Shown: one piece after another, positions 52,234 to 64,000 of the stretch | Layout: each line of letters starts with the position of its first letter | How positions within the stretch are numbered: the first letter of the stretch is position 1 | DNA from: Blasia pusilla | Taxonomy: Eukaryota | Assembly (NCBI GenBank): GCA_050084515.1 | Contig: CM114271.1 | Location: 10,292,001-10,356,000, forward strand | Length of the DNA stretch: 64,000 bases | Direction of reading: 5' to 3' | The notes under the pieces: generated by a model | Database searches by the model: none | The model's input: only the letters and a program-made list of their open reading frames with translations | What the model was told of the DNA's origin: nothing | Position numbers and translations under genes: made by a program

Positions 52234-55200
52234 ATGATGTCAGTTTGGAAAGTTTGGCGATTTGGGGCGAGATTGAGAGTCCCTTTAATTGTTGGCGAGA
52301 CGTGCGCTCCTAGCCTTCGGCTCTTTCATACCGTAAAAGGTCTTACGTCTCTCCCAACTATTCTTGAAACTTGGAGTGATGATGGTTTCGTAAGGTCACT
52401 ACGATCATGCTATGAGTCGTCCACGATTCTCGTTTCTCTTCTCATCACTTGTGTCGCCTGGTAAGCCTGCCTAGCCGTTTGATTTTGTGAAGAGCAAGAG
52501 GAGTTTCAGCAGGCGCTGGTCGTCCAGTGTCTAGTTGCCGTTTTGGTGAAATTTTCGGGTGGATCTGGACGGTATGTTAATGAACTTATTAGACGGCAGC
52601 AGGCTCATCCCACTAACTTTAAAGAAGCCAAGGTTCTGGTATTCAAATGTTCTATGATCTTGAAGACACTTTTTCTGTCACTAAAAGGAGTTGATTTGTT
52701 TGAATGGGAGAGTATTTGGGGCTGAACTTGAGTCTCAAGTCGCAGGTGAAGAGAAGTGGGTGCATAGATGGAATCTGCCGAATACAGAATCTTCATCAAT
52801 ACTTTGGTCGCCTACGAGACGTCCGTGGTTGGAACATTCATGCAATTTTCACAGAAGAGAAATTGCTACTACACATGGGGCCAACCAAGTCGTGAAAGAT
52901 GGGCGGTTTGCTGAGCTCAAGGATTCTGATATTGCTCACTTTCGGCAGATTTTGGGAGAGAGAGGGGTTGTTGTTGAGAGTGATGAGTTGAAGATAGCAA
53001 ATACTGATTGGATGCGCAAGTACGAGGGCCACAGCCAACTTCTTCTGCGCCCTCAGACCAGCCAACAGGTGAAGCAACTGGGTACTTTCTATTCAATTGC
53101 ACCTTGCGTGCTTTCTGGGTCATCGCTACGAGGGACCACAGTATCGGAATTCTGAAGGAGTTTTTTGAGGTAGACTAGGGTGACATGACAGTTAATCCTA
53201 AAGATTCTATGAAAATATAGCCCTTGCTAGTGAATCTTGTTGTCTAATCTGGGGTTCACGGGTGTTCGTAAAATGATAGTGACCAGTTTTCCGTGGTCTT
53301 ACAGGTGTCCGATATCCTTCAGCACTGTAGTAAAGGACGCTTGGCAATTGTTCCCCAAGGTGGCAATACTGGCCTAGTTGGCGGTAGCGTTCCTGTTTTT
53401 GATGAGGTATGACTAAGCGAATAATGTTTCCTCACTACACATCTGGAAGCATTAAAGGACCACATCAAATTCTGTATGAGATGATTTTCGCATTTTTGGA
53501 GTCCCTGATGTGGAACGAAGGAAACTTTAAATTCTTGCAGAAGGATCTAAGTCTAGAGTGATTAGGCGTGCTTCTTAAGGTCTCAAGTTTGCCTTGTCAC
53601 TCTCGATTGGTCATGATGCGCAGGTCATACTCAACTTGGGAGCCATGAACAAGATAATAAGCTTTGATGAGGTGTACTTCTGTTCTTTTTCCTACTGAAG
53701 TTAGTCTGCCTTTTTGTTTGACCACAGTTGAATTGATAGACGTCTGAAAAGTGTTGTAAATGTGAATGTAAAGGAGAATAATTGACTACACCTTCCATCT
53801 TCAGATTGTGCACTGATTCGTTCGAGGCACCAACCAAGAACTTGGTATCATGTGCAGGCGAGTGGAATTCTGGTATGTGAGGCAGGCTGTATTCTCGAAA
53901 GCCTTGATAACTATGTTGGAAGTCAAGGGTATGTCACTGGATTGGTATGTTTTTGGAAGAGTGCAATACACTACGTTTATGATCAGGGCTTGAAGCATGC
54001 ATTTTTTGTATTTTGAGATGGAGAAGTAAATTGAATTCTATGAGCTCTCCGGTGAAGGACGTGCAATTTTCTAATTGTTCGGTGTTTTGATTTTAATCTT
54101 TTGAAGAACCTGAAGTCCACTGTAAAAGGTTTAAATTCTCCTGGGAGTCCTTTCCTTGACAAAGTTCAGTCCATTTCCTGCATATTGTTTGGTGGTTGTT
54201 CAGATTCACAATGCCACTAGATTTGGGTGCCAAAGGAAGCTGTCAGATTGGTGGCAATGTCTCAACCAATGCAGGAGGTTTGCGCCTGTTACGTTATGGA
54301 TCACTCCATGGGAATGTCCTTGGTAAGTTAGACAAAACATTTTCTTTCTCAAGATTATTTGTTCTTAAAGTTTGTGGACTTGGAGTGATGTTGAAAGGAC
54401 TGTAGATACTATTTAGATTTGGTAGGATCTTTTGCTACATCTGTTTGAGGTCCTAGGTCAATTATTGAATGGTTGTAGATAATCACATAATCACAGTCTC
54501 CCTCTATTGGGCTCGTTATCAGATGGGGGCTACTCTGGTTTCATCAGTTTGATCTTAACTTTGCAGTAAGCATTGGAAAGCACAACAAATGATCTAGGTT
54601 GTGAGATCATCAAAGTTAAGCCACTTGGATTTATCCGTTTGAATGATGATTGAGTAGATATCCCGGACTTGACTTTTGTGTATTTTGTTGAGTTTAAATG
54701 TATCTTACCCCTACCGCCTCAAAAATTCACTCAGAGAAAGAAAAAAAAGAAATTTTCTTTGTACCCCGTGCTTACATTCATATTCGAATTCTTGTTCTTC
54801 AATTGAGAAGGCTGCTTATATGCTCGTCATCCCAAATTATCAGGGCTAGAAGTGGTTCTTGCTGATGGAACTGTCTTAGATCTACTGGGGACCCTAAGGA
54901 AAGACAACACTGGTTATGATTTGAAACAGCTTTTTATTGGTGAGTAAAGTTTGGCTTTGGGATGGTGTTTGCTCTTCAATCCAATGTGTCTTGGAAATGT
55001 ATTGCTACGATTAATCGCAATGCTTCTCCCATAGCATATTTTGGTTTATTTGACATTGACAATGCATTCGTAATCGTTGGTAAAGGAGCTGAAGGAACTC
55101 TCGGGATCGTGACGAAAGTGTCCATCTTGACCCCTCCCAAACTTGCATCTGTAAATGTAGCTTTTTTGGCTTGTGAGGACTACATCAACTGCCAGGTACT

Positions 55201-58200
55201 GTAACTGAGGCATACACTCCTCTTCGGTGCAAACATTTCTATTTTTATCCTATGGATCTCTACTGAGAAGAAAAGTCATTCATTTACTCCATCTGATCAT
55301 GCTGCTGAATGCTAGCGTGCCTCCACCTTACTGCTATTCAGATGTATCAAGTCTGCAACATAATCCACTGCGATAGTCTTTGTTAAGCTCTAGTGATTAT
55401 CCCAAAACACGAGACATGCTGTTAACAACGACAAAATAGTTCTTAAATCAAAAGCTCACGAAGTAATTACCTGTCTGGTCTGTGACTTGATAGGTAGCCT
55501 CAAGCCATTAAAATGTAGAATTACAGGAAAGCATCTTGGGGGACCATGTCTTCAATACTGTTTTGAAGATGTTTGTAGCCTGTTGAACTTTGCTGGGACT
55601 AGCGGGTTCTGAGGATGTTTTTGTGGGTGTGTAGAGGACATTCATTGAAGCTAAGAAAGACCTCGGGGAAATTTTGTCTGCTTTTGAGTTCTTCGATCGC
55701 CAAGCGCGAGATGCGGTAAGCTCATTTGCACTTGCGGACTCAATCAATAGGTTACTTTGATTTGGTTTCATGGAATTTTAGTGTTTATTCTACTACCCAC
55801 CATGACTACGCAGGATTCAGAACCCGAGACCATGTATATTCGAACAAATTTACTTTATCTACTGTGATCTCGCCTGATCGCCTCCTCAAAGCTCTGAAGT
55901 TATTGTCAACCACTTGCAAATGGCGTCCTTATGAAATTTGCATATTTGGGTGGAAGGCAGGCACTGAAGCACTTGGATGGCACCCGAGATCCCCTTCCAG
56001 ATGCAAAGCAAAGCTTTTACCTTCTGGTGGAGACAACTGGAAGCAATCAAGCTCATGACAAGTAATCCCTGACTCCTTACAGCAAAGCTAAGCGGACCAA
56101 GCTTAGCCTTGCCTCTACTTCTAATTATTGCTGTTATTATCTACTTCCATCCTCACACACTGTAATCGGACCGGGGTACAAATCTGTGGATACATGGATG
56201 CTTGCTGGGCATTGAGATGCATTCCTTGAACCAGTTTGTCTATGAGATACCACAAATGAAGTAATATTTCCAACAATTCGGCCTTGTATTCTAGAGAGAA
56301 GCTGGATGCATTTTTGGAATCGGCTTTTCAGAAGGGACTTATCACAGATGGAACTGTGGCACAAGACATCACCCAAGCTGCCTCCTTTTGGAAAATTCGC
56401 GAGGTAGAAAATAGTAAGTCATCTTTGTTTTGCATAGGGTTGAGACTATACTTGATATCCAGGTCTTGTTTGAGTCGGTCAGAGTTTTATTTTGGAAAGA
56501 AATTAGCATTCTGGTTATGACGGAATAGTTGTTTGCTCACCACTCTTCTCTTAGGGAATTACGGAAGCACTTGGGAAGGCGGGAGCTGTATATAAGTATG
56601 ACTTATCACTACCTCTCAAGGATCTCTACAGGATTGTGGAAGATATGAGAGCCAGACTAGGTGAGCTCCTCCTTTAGCTTGGAAACAATGGACAGCCACA
56701 TCTAACCCAATTGTGTATTGGCCTAAATCTTCTGCTCATCTGTGTACCAGTCCTGTGCTTTTGATCTTACACAGGTGGTGTTCGATAGAGAGAAGGCTAA
56801 TAGTGTCCCTGCTGTACATGCATGCGCATGGACCTCATAAACTACTTCCCCTTCTCACAAGTTGTGGCAATTGGATTTCCTCTTTACGTTCTCTGAGGTT
56901 TATCAAAGACACTGATCTTCATTACTGCATGAGTTTTTCCACTGTACTCTAAACATCATTTCATTATTTCCACAGCAGCGCTCTAGCCATTCTAATAGTC
57001 AATGTAATGTGACGGATTTGTGAACTTGGTCAGGTGATGCGGCAAAGGTGGTTGGTTATGGTCACATGGGTGATGGAAATTTGCACTTGAATATATCTGC
57101 TCCCGAATATGACGATGAGGTGTGAAACCTCCCCCTTGGTCAACTGTCAACTGTATTATTGCATCAAAACTATACTTGAACCAATGGATTAATTTGAAAG
57201 GATTTCTGTAGACAGAGAACGGGGGTGGCAGCCCGAGATTAAAACTTGCATTCTAAACCTCAATTTGTGCAAATACAAACCTTCAGTAAGTTTTTTGGGG
57301 TTTTGTATCCTTTTCTCATATGTAAGAGGTACAGCAATTCTATATTTCGCTCCCAACTCAAGCAAAATAGAGGAGGTTGAACTTCCCTAAGAAATTTTCA
57401 AGTACTTTTACTATTTCTAGTGCACCTGTTATTCTTTTCGCCATGAGGTTTGGACCAACCTTAGGGTTCTCACCATGTTCTTTTTCAAGATGCCCATTTT
57501 TTTCCCTTGATCTCGCCACTATTCCTATCAGCTTTCCTCACTCTCTGCGGCCTCTACGGGCGTGTGTTTCTTGCTTCGACCGTACGTTGTCGTCGTACTT
57601 ATGTTTTTTTCCTGGCGAGGCAGACTTTCCATTACATCATCCCCTCTCGTGTGTTTGTGTCCACCGCTTAGGACATGAGATACATACTTTTCTTTTTGCG
57701 CTATTCCCTCAGTTTGCTTCATGTGAATGTGTTATTCCCTTGGGTGGTTTGGTGAATTTCCTTTTGTGTGAACTGCAGTGTGAATTGAAGTCCCCGGTGT
57801 CATCAATCACCCCTCCTCTCCTATTTTCGTATTAGGATGTTAACCAACAAGGGATGTCACACTGGTTTATTTCACTTCACTTAGTGTCCTCCCACCATTG
57901 TAGTAGCCAACGACACTCCTGACCTTTCCTAGATTAACTCTGGAAGGAGAGTGGAGTTTCAGAAGCCAATTCTCCGAAACTTCTTTCCGTGAGTAATGAA
58001 TTAGGCGATTAATGTTGGTACCTTACCACCAAGTTTGTGTTTCGAATTGCAATTAGCAGCTCCTTTGGGTTAGATTTACAGCGAGGTCCATTTATCTTTT
58101 TCAGAGAGTCAAAATCTGAATTCCAGCAATGCTCATTGTATGAAGGTCATTTCCTGGCTTGCAGCTAATGGCCAAAATTGAACCTTATGTTTATGAGTGG

Positions 58201-58596
58201 ACATCATCCGTTAAAGGGAGCGTCAGTGCGGAGCATGGAATGGGCTTCATGAAAGCAAAATCGATACACTACAGCAAAGTTCCTAAAGCAGTAAGTTTCT
58301 AGAATTGTGTAAATAAGCGCATGGAGAGCAGATTACATCGGATTGATAGCACCTTGATGATGATACGTTACCGCATTCAACTTTATTTCGAGGCTGCCAC
58401 TTTGACAACATATGTAGTGCTTCGAGTTTCTGCAGAATCGTTGCATTGGCTTTAATCCATGGCTGATTTGGATGCCCTACAGGTGCAAATGATGGTAGGA
58501 TTCAAAAATCTTCTGGATCCCCATGGGATTTTGAATCCCTATAAAGTCCTGCCTGGCCCTTCGGAGACTCTTGTGATATCACAAGCCTTGACATGA
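52234..58596 (+). CDS. D2HGDH: D-2-hydroxyglutarate dehydrogenase (FAD-linked oxidase), mitochondrial. Exons: 52234-52339 (uncertain), 52746-53068, 53305-53406, 53624-53671, 53858-53928, 54204-54322, 54844-54939, 55086-55195, 55635-55715, 55961-56061, 56295-56403, 56555-56660, 57034-57119, 58165-58290, 58483-58596
   Basis: Phase-consistent GT-AG exons give [99 protein letters not shown]. The first exon (Arg-rich presequence-like) is tentative. Confidence 0.93.
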
Positions 58597-59826
58597 ATTC
58601 TCATCTCCTCTGCAGCTGAAGACAAAACTTGGCTGTTTCCATGTTGGCTACTCCGTCCACTCCCCTGAAAAGAAGATGGGAAGTCAGAGTAGTGTCGTCC
58701 TGGCGCCACGATTCTTCTCTGGCCATACACACATGCACTTACGATGGCCGTTGAAAGGCATGGCAAATTGAAGCATGTGTGGTCGTGAGGATTCTGGTAC
58801 CAAAGTGTGAGGCCATTGTCCATCTGCAAATTGATTCACCCCTGAAATAGAGGGAGCCAATGACCAAAATCATGCATAAAGTGAACTCGCAAAGAAAGTC
58901 GTGCAGCCCACAAAGCTGAGCCATGATGCATGAGGTCATGGTGACATAGAGCAATGTGCCATGCCTTAGTTTGACTTGAAAGGGGTATTAGGAGTACTCA
59001 AAACTGCTACTTTTGAGATGTCGAGTGTGTAAATACAATGCATCAAGAAGAGCTCCATTTGGATCCAAAAAGCACTAAAGTTCCGTCCTTTAGTTACCAT
59101 AGGTTAGGCTCGGGACTACTTAGAATGAATCTACTAAAGATCATCATTTGTTTGCAGTTTTGGATCTCTGAGTGAGCAATGTTCAAACTTCATGTCATCC
59201 CGTGGTTAGAAACTAAAGTTAGAAACTTCATGTATCGTGGGATTGTCTTGCGTCCTTGGGCATGGTATGCTAGTCATATGAGTCATATGAGCACATCACA
59301 TAGGTATATCCTTTGGGTAATTGTGGGGCTGACCAAGTAAAGATAGAGGACCTAGTGGAATGTATTAATTTGGAGATCACATATCCGGTATGATACCAAC
59401 AATCCACTCCATATCTAAGTCAGCAAGACGGTGGGGTCTGTTGTGCATAGACATCATTATACAATCTACATCAGTATTCCCAAAATATAAGTAGACTATA
59501 TACACACGAAGACAAATCCACTTATACATAAAATCACAAAACTATATTGAGGTAAAAATGGTTCCCACAACCAAATTGATTCAGTGAGAGTGGAGAGGCC
59601 TACACCATCAGCACGAGGACTAGGCGAAGAGTATGGCAATGAGAATGATGAGGTGGTAGAAACCTCTCGTGGTAGAGGACCATCGAGTTTCAGTCCTATA
59701 GTAGAATTCTTCCAACATCTGGGGAGGAGCTATTAGGGCGTGCGGATTGACAACCTGAAGAATATACAAGATTTTCAGCGGAGATCGGATGAGAGTTTGA
59801 TGGAGGCATTCACGCGCATACGACGG

Positions 59827-61108
59827 TGTCGTGTCAAGAGCCTTTCTTCGAGTAAGGGGAAACCTTCTAGCTGCAGCATACGTGGTTGATGCAAGTCGAA
59901 CTCTATAAGAAGTTTTTCTTTTTCAGTACAAAATTATTATGTAAGGCTTCCATTATCTCACGACAGGAATCACGAATGGTAGTGTCGAGGCGATCACTTC
60001 TTCATAGCATGAAACCCCGAAATTCTTAACTATGAAGTCCATGTAAACTATTTTACGTTTGTACACATAGGACAACTAGTGTTAAACCCTATTCGAGCAG
60101 GCCTATTGAGTGTTCACGTCCATGGATTGTTATATAAGGACATATAAAGTACAATCGCATGTCCTTCTGTATGTGACTATAGGAAGAATCACCGAAGTTG
60201 GAGATTACATGACTTGGTTCATGAACGCCTCCCCAAGGTGATAAACTAGATAGCGAATGAACAAGTGCCTATCTACAAAGAGAATCTTTACGTGGTACGG
60301 ATTAAGGAAAGGAAAATCGGGCATAACTCGTGCTCCATCCCTATCCATACTTGACGGACATCCTCTACTCTCCTCTAGAATAGGGTTTCGCGGAGTTGCT
60401 CTCCCAAGAGGGATAATCCATTCTCATTAGGAAAATAACAAACCAAACCATCCACTATTTCTAATATGACTAAACTCCCCTAAGGTGATAAGTCTCTCAT
60501 CTCCACATATACGACACTCTAGAATCCTCTCGAAGAATAGACCATGGTCAAGTTACTCTCTCAAGAGGAATAATCTACTCTCATTGGAAGAGCAAGCAAT
60601 CACAAAGCCATCCACTCAAGAGTGACACGAGAAACTCAAGATGTGAAGTAGAAGATGATGAACCCTTGAAGATCTCTCCTCTTTATATTTTCACAAGGGA
60701 TCCACACGAGTACAAAATAGGACTAATCTTATTTTGTACCATATGGCTTCTTCTCAAGGCTTAGCCAATCACATTTTGACACAAGTAGATTACCTCTTAT
60801 GTCTTCCAAAATATCCTCATTTATTGACTTCATATCTTCCAAATTACCCCCAATTATCTTAGCCACCAACCAAGACTACTTTTGGTTTTCTTTCATTAAA
60901 GCATCAAGCCCATTACTTTACTTTTATAATCCCATCTTTTATTTATTATCTCTTTTCTTAAAGTTGGGCCTGCACAAATGAGCCGACCTAAAGAGGTTTA
61001 AACATGAGAATTTCATTTTCCTAGGCTAATTTAGTTAATACTAATACAACTCTCTCTAACACTTAATGATAGAGGAGTTTACATAGTGGGTAATTTTATT
61101 ATACCACA
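59827..61108. repeat. Solo LTR (1282 bp) inserted in gag
   Basis: TGTCGTG...TACCACA. The host frame CGACGG|CTGATC is restored on removal. TSD ACGG/TCGG. Confidence 0.7.
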
Positions 61109-61330
61109 TCGGCTGATCATTGTCACATATGGCGTGACTCAGACGCAGTCAGTTCAGTATTGGTACAAGGTGCTCGACTAGGAGCTACGGAAGAGAGTTC
61201 GGGATGCAATGTTGCTTCACACAGCGAAGCCCACATTGAAGGTGGTCTTTAGTTGCTCAACATGAGTGAGGAGCACGTGGTGACCACGATATTTTCGCGG
61301 GATTCGACGGGTCCATGAGTAGGAGTAGAT

Positions 61331-62098
61331 TGTCGTGCGTATACATATCGCTACACAACCCACATCCCTGGTCACATCTACACACCATAAAATACCGATC
61401 TTTCCCAACATACGGGTAGATCCACACATAAACGAAATACACTCATGAATATACACTGGGATCCCACAACAAAATTTGAGTAGTGAAAATGGCTTACCCG
61501 GCCTAAAACTCCACTCATGAATCTACACCGGCATACCGAACCACATCCACCTTCTACTATGAGGAAATCTGGACGGTAGCATCCTAGCTTCTTCACACCC
61601 ACACACGTACATGCAACAGAGGTGCTCCTAACGCTCAACATGAGAAAGATGGCTTGAGAAAGTCATCTCTCTCACTCTTATACCCTTTGGAAAGAGCCAA
61701 AAGGCTCTTCTCCCAAAAATAGCCCTCCCAACGTTAATCTCTATGCATAGGTTATCGGGTTACCGTTGACTTGGTAACGAGTCACCTGACGGATTAAAAC
61801 CAAAATAGGGAAATCGTGATAAACAACGTTTCCAACGCAACAGACTTATTGCCAACCTTATCCGACATCTCGGGATGAAGTTACACTCGAACAACTCGTT
61901 GACTCTCTATGCTGGCAACGAGTCATCTAACGGACTAAAACCAAAATAGGTAAATCGTCATAAACAACGTTCCCAACGCAACAGACTTATTGCCAACCTC
62001 ATCCGACATCTCGGGATGAAGTTACACTCGAACAACCTGTTGACTCTCTATGCTATCAACGCGATAGAACTCTACCTACGTCAAAATAAGATGTGACA
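61331..62098 (-). repeat. Family-1 solo unit (A-ac-B) with an internal 141-bp tandem duplication, inserted in a related gag
   Basis: TGTCGTGCG...AAGATGTGACA, TSD AGAT/AGAC (the empty site GAGTAGACCCAC is seen at 15125-15114). Duplication 61779-61919/61920-62060. Confidence 0.9.
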
Positions 62099-62130
62099 AG
62101 ACCCACAGGTACCCCACCAAGCACTAGTAC

Positions 62131-64000
62131 TGTAATGTACAACTCAAGGAAAAAAGATACTCTTTCTATCCAAAAGTATTAAGTTCGTTCCCAAGAGACC
62201 ACTGTTTCTTGAGTAAAGAGAGATTTTCTTAAGAAATAACCAGAATCAACTCTTTCTTCCCTTAAAATGCTTCGCTAACTCTACTAACTCTAACTTCACG
62301 AAAGTAAAGAAAAGATAAGACAATCTTATTTCCTCATAGAAAAGACTCTTCTCAAGTGTAGTGGAAGACTCTTGTGAACCTGCAATAACCAAGCTCCACG
62401 AAGACCTTAAAGAGACCTCAAGAATGGCAGCTCACCCTACTTTCAGAACTAAATTTGTCATGGCAGGTTACTCACTGTCTAACAGCTTTCCTACGCTTCT
62501 TCCTGATTATCTTCTGGAATTCTGAAACTACAAGACTCAACTCTCATTATTATTGCAGCCCAATAAGATCCACATTCACTTCCGCACCTCAGAAAGAATG
62601 AAAGAAGACCCTTCTTCTACATCAAAGAGTGGAAAGAACTCAGAAGTAGTACAAGATTCAGAAAGTAAAAGACTCTTTAGCTTGGATCATCCCCCAACAA
62701 AATCCTTACACTCTCACCAAGTCTGCTGGTAAACTCAAGATACACAAAACGGCATTGAGAAGTTCAAGATACAAGGGAAAACGATGATCCTCTCTCCTTC
62801 TAATTGCTCTTTAAATAGTATTTACATTTCCGATTGGTCTTCCTGCTCTAATCTAGATTTCTAACTGCTAATCCTAACTCTTTGATTCCAATTCTCCAAC
62901 CTTCCATCTTCCTAAGATTGTTCATTGTCTTGGCATTTCCTTTCCGCTCCCTTTTAAACGGCTGTAAATGCCGCGACTCTCCCTTTTATGGTTTCCAAAA
63001 CCGCCGTAATGATTCAGTCTTCACAGTCTTCGTGCTCTTCGCCATTCTTCGCAAAGACTCTTCCTAGTCTTTGTAGTCTTTCTCATTCCTATCCTATCTT
63101 CACGCGAAGACTCTTATCCTTCTGTGGGCGCGAAGAGTCATTACGCTCTTTCCTTCAGGTTTCTTCCAAGTATTCTCTATCTTTCTATTCCTCTTCTTAA
63201 TACTGTTGTCCACTTTTGTGAAGACTCTTTGACCTCTTCCGCTTCTTCCTCTTCCTTCTTTGAGTTCTTAGTCTTTGCTCTGAAGTCTTCGTCCTTCTTC
63301 TTGAGTCTTCGTACACAGTCTCTCTTCCATATTCTTTACAAAAGAAGCTTTCCCTTGTCTTTGTTGATGGTCTTTTACACCGTTCTTCTTGTGGTCTTCC
63401 TTGCGAAGCAACCGCGCTTCCTCTTCTAACTTCTTTTCCTATCTTTTCCTAGTTTTACACAATTCTTACTCTTCCAAGAGAGTCCTGAATCTTCTACCAT
63501 TTCTTGTCTTCTCATCAGAGTTCCGTCCATTACTCTTCCCACATAATTGCAGTAAAGGAAGACTCTTTACTTCTAGCAGTGAGTCTTTAGTCTTCACTTC
63601 ATAAAGACTTTACTATAATTCAGTACAAAAACATCAAAATTTCAAGATTCTCATAAGAGTGGGTTATCACATACCCCTTGACTCAAATGTGAGCCGTCTC
63701 GGCAAACATTCTAACCTATTCTACCTCTTCGCTACCTCTAAGGACTTCTGTCATCTGTTAACTCTACAATTTCAATGTCAAGAGGGGTTCGGCCATGTGT
63801 AGCCGACGGTCTGTTAACAAGATTTGGCGTGTTGTTCTTCATTCTCTCCCTCCAATTTTCTACTATCTTCGAAGAACTTAAAAAAAATTTTTGCACTCTT
63901 ACCTCCGAAGGTATAAAAGGCGCCATGGCCGGTTCTTGCAAACACGGCGGTTCTGCTACCTCAAGCAGTGCAGCAGTATGCATTTGTCTTTTCCAATAAT
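62131..64000 (-). mobile_element. Family-4 3' LTR (62131-63671) with PPT and adjacent internal region running off the window
   Basis: TGTAATGTACAA...GGGTTATCACA. Minus-strand AAGGGGTA precedes TGTGATAACCC. The host gag does not resume on the right. Confidence 0.8.

Larger units (their letters stand above)
59439..62130 (+). mobile_element. Fragmented family-1-like gag (59580-59826, 61109-61330, 62099-62130) preceded by an A-like segment (59439-59569) and split by nested insertions
   Basis: Collinear with the minus-strand gag at 15600-15090 (FSPIVEFFQHLGRSY, QYWY..LD.ELRKRV..AKPTLKVV). Confidence 0.8.

Noticed and set aside
57377-57835. 152-aa ORF
   Set aside because: Inside a D2HGDH intron, pyrimidine-rich, non-ATG start, no domain.
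62882-63604. Ser/Phe/Leu-rich ORFs
   Set aside because: By-products of TCTTC-rich LTR sequence.

Overview
Eukaryotic, repeat-dense nuclear DNA, probably from a non-seed land plant (inferred from gene content and TE types; the species cannot be named). Three host genes look intact: a 3-exon Shewanella-like PPP phosphatase (SLP2-like, 7698-9575 +), a single-exon DUF1279/FAM210B-like gene (39960-40343 -) and a ~15-exon D-2-hydroxyglutarate dehydrogenase (~52234-58596 +). The rest is nested, decayed Copia and Gypsy retrotransposons, solo LTRs and Helitron/PIF1 remnants. The main finding is a group of related Gypsy elements (three repeat families here) with four unusual features. (1) They carry a C5-cytosine DNA methyltransferase-like segment after the protease. 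(2) A PHD finger ends the DDE integrase. (3) They have a 14-nt self-complementary primer-binding site instead of a tRNA PBS. (4) The LTRs are permuted (B...PPT-A-nn-B-A) with 4-bp TSDs, best explained by integration of a 2-LTR circle through an internal CA-nn-TG site. A 5S rRNA-derived fragment followed by 16 spaced 22-bp palindromes lies at 26.3-28.0 kb. All calls were made by eye, without database searches.
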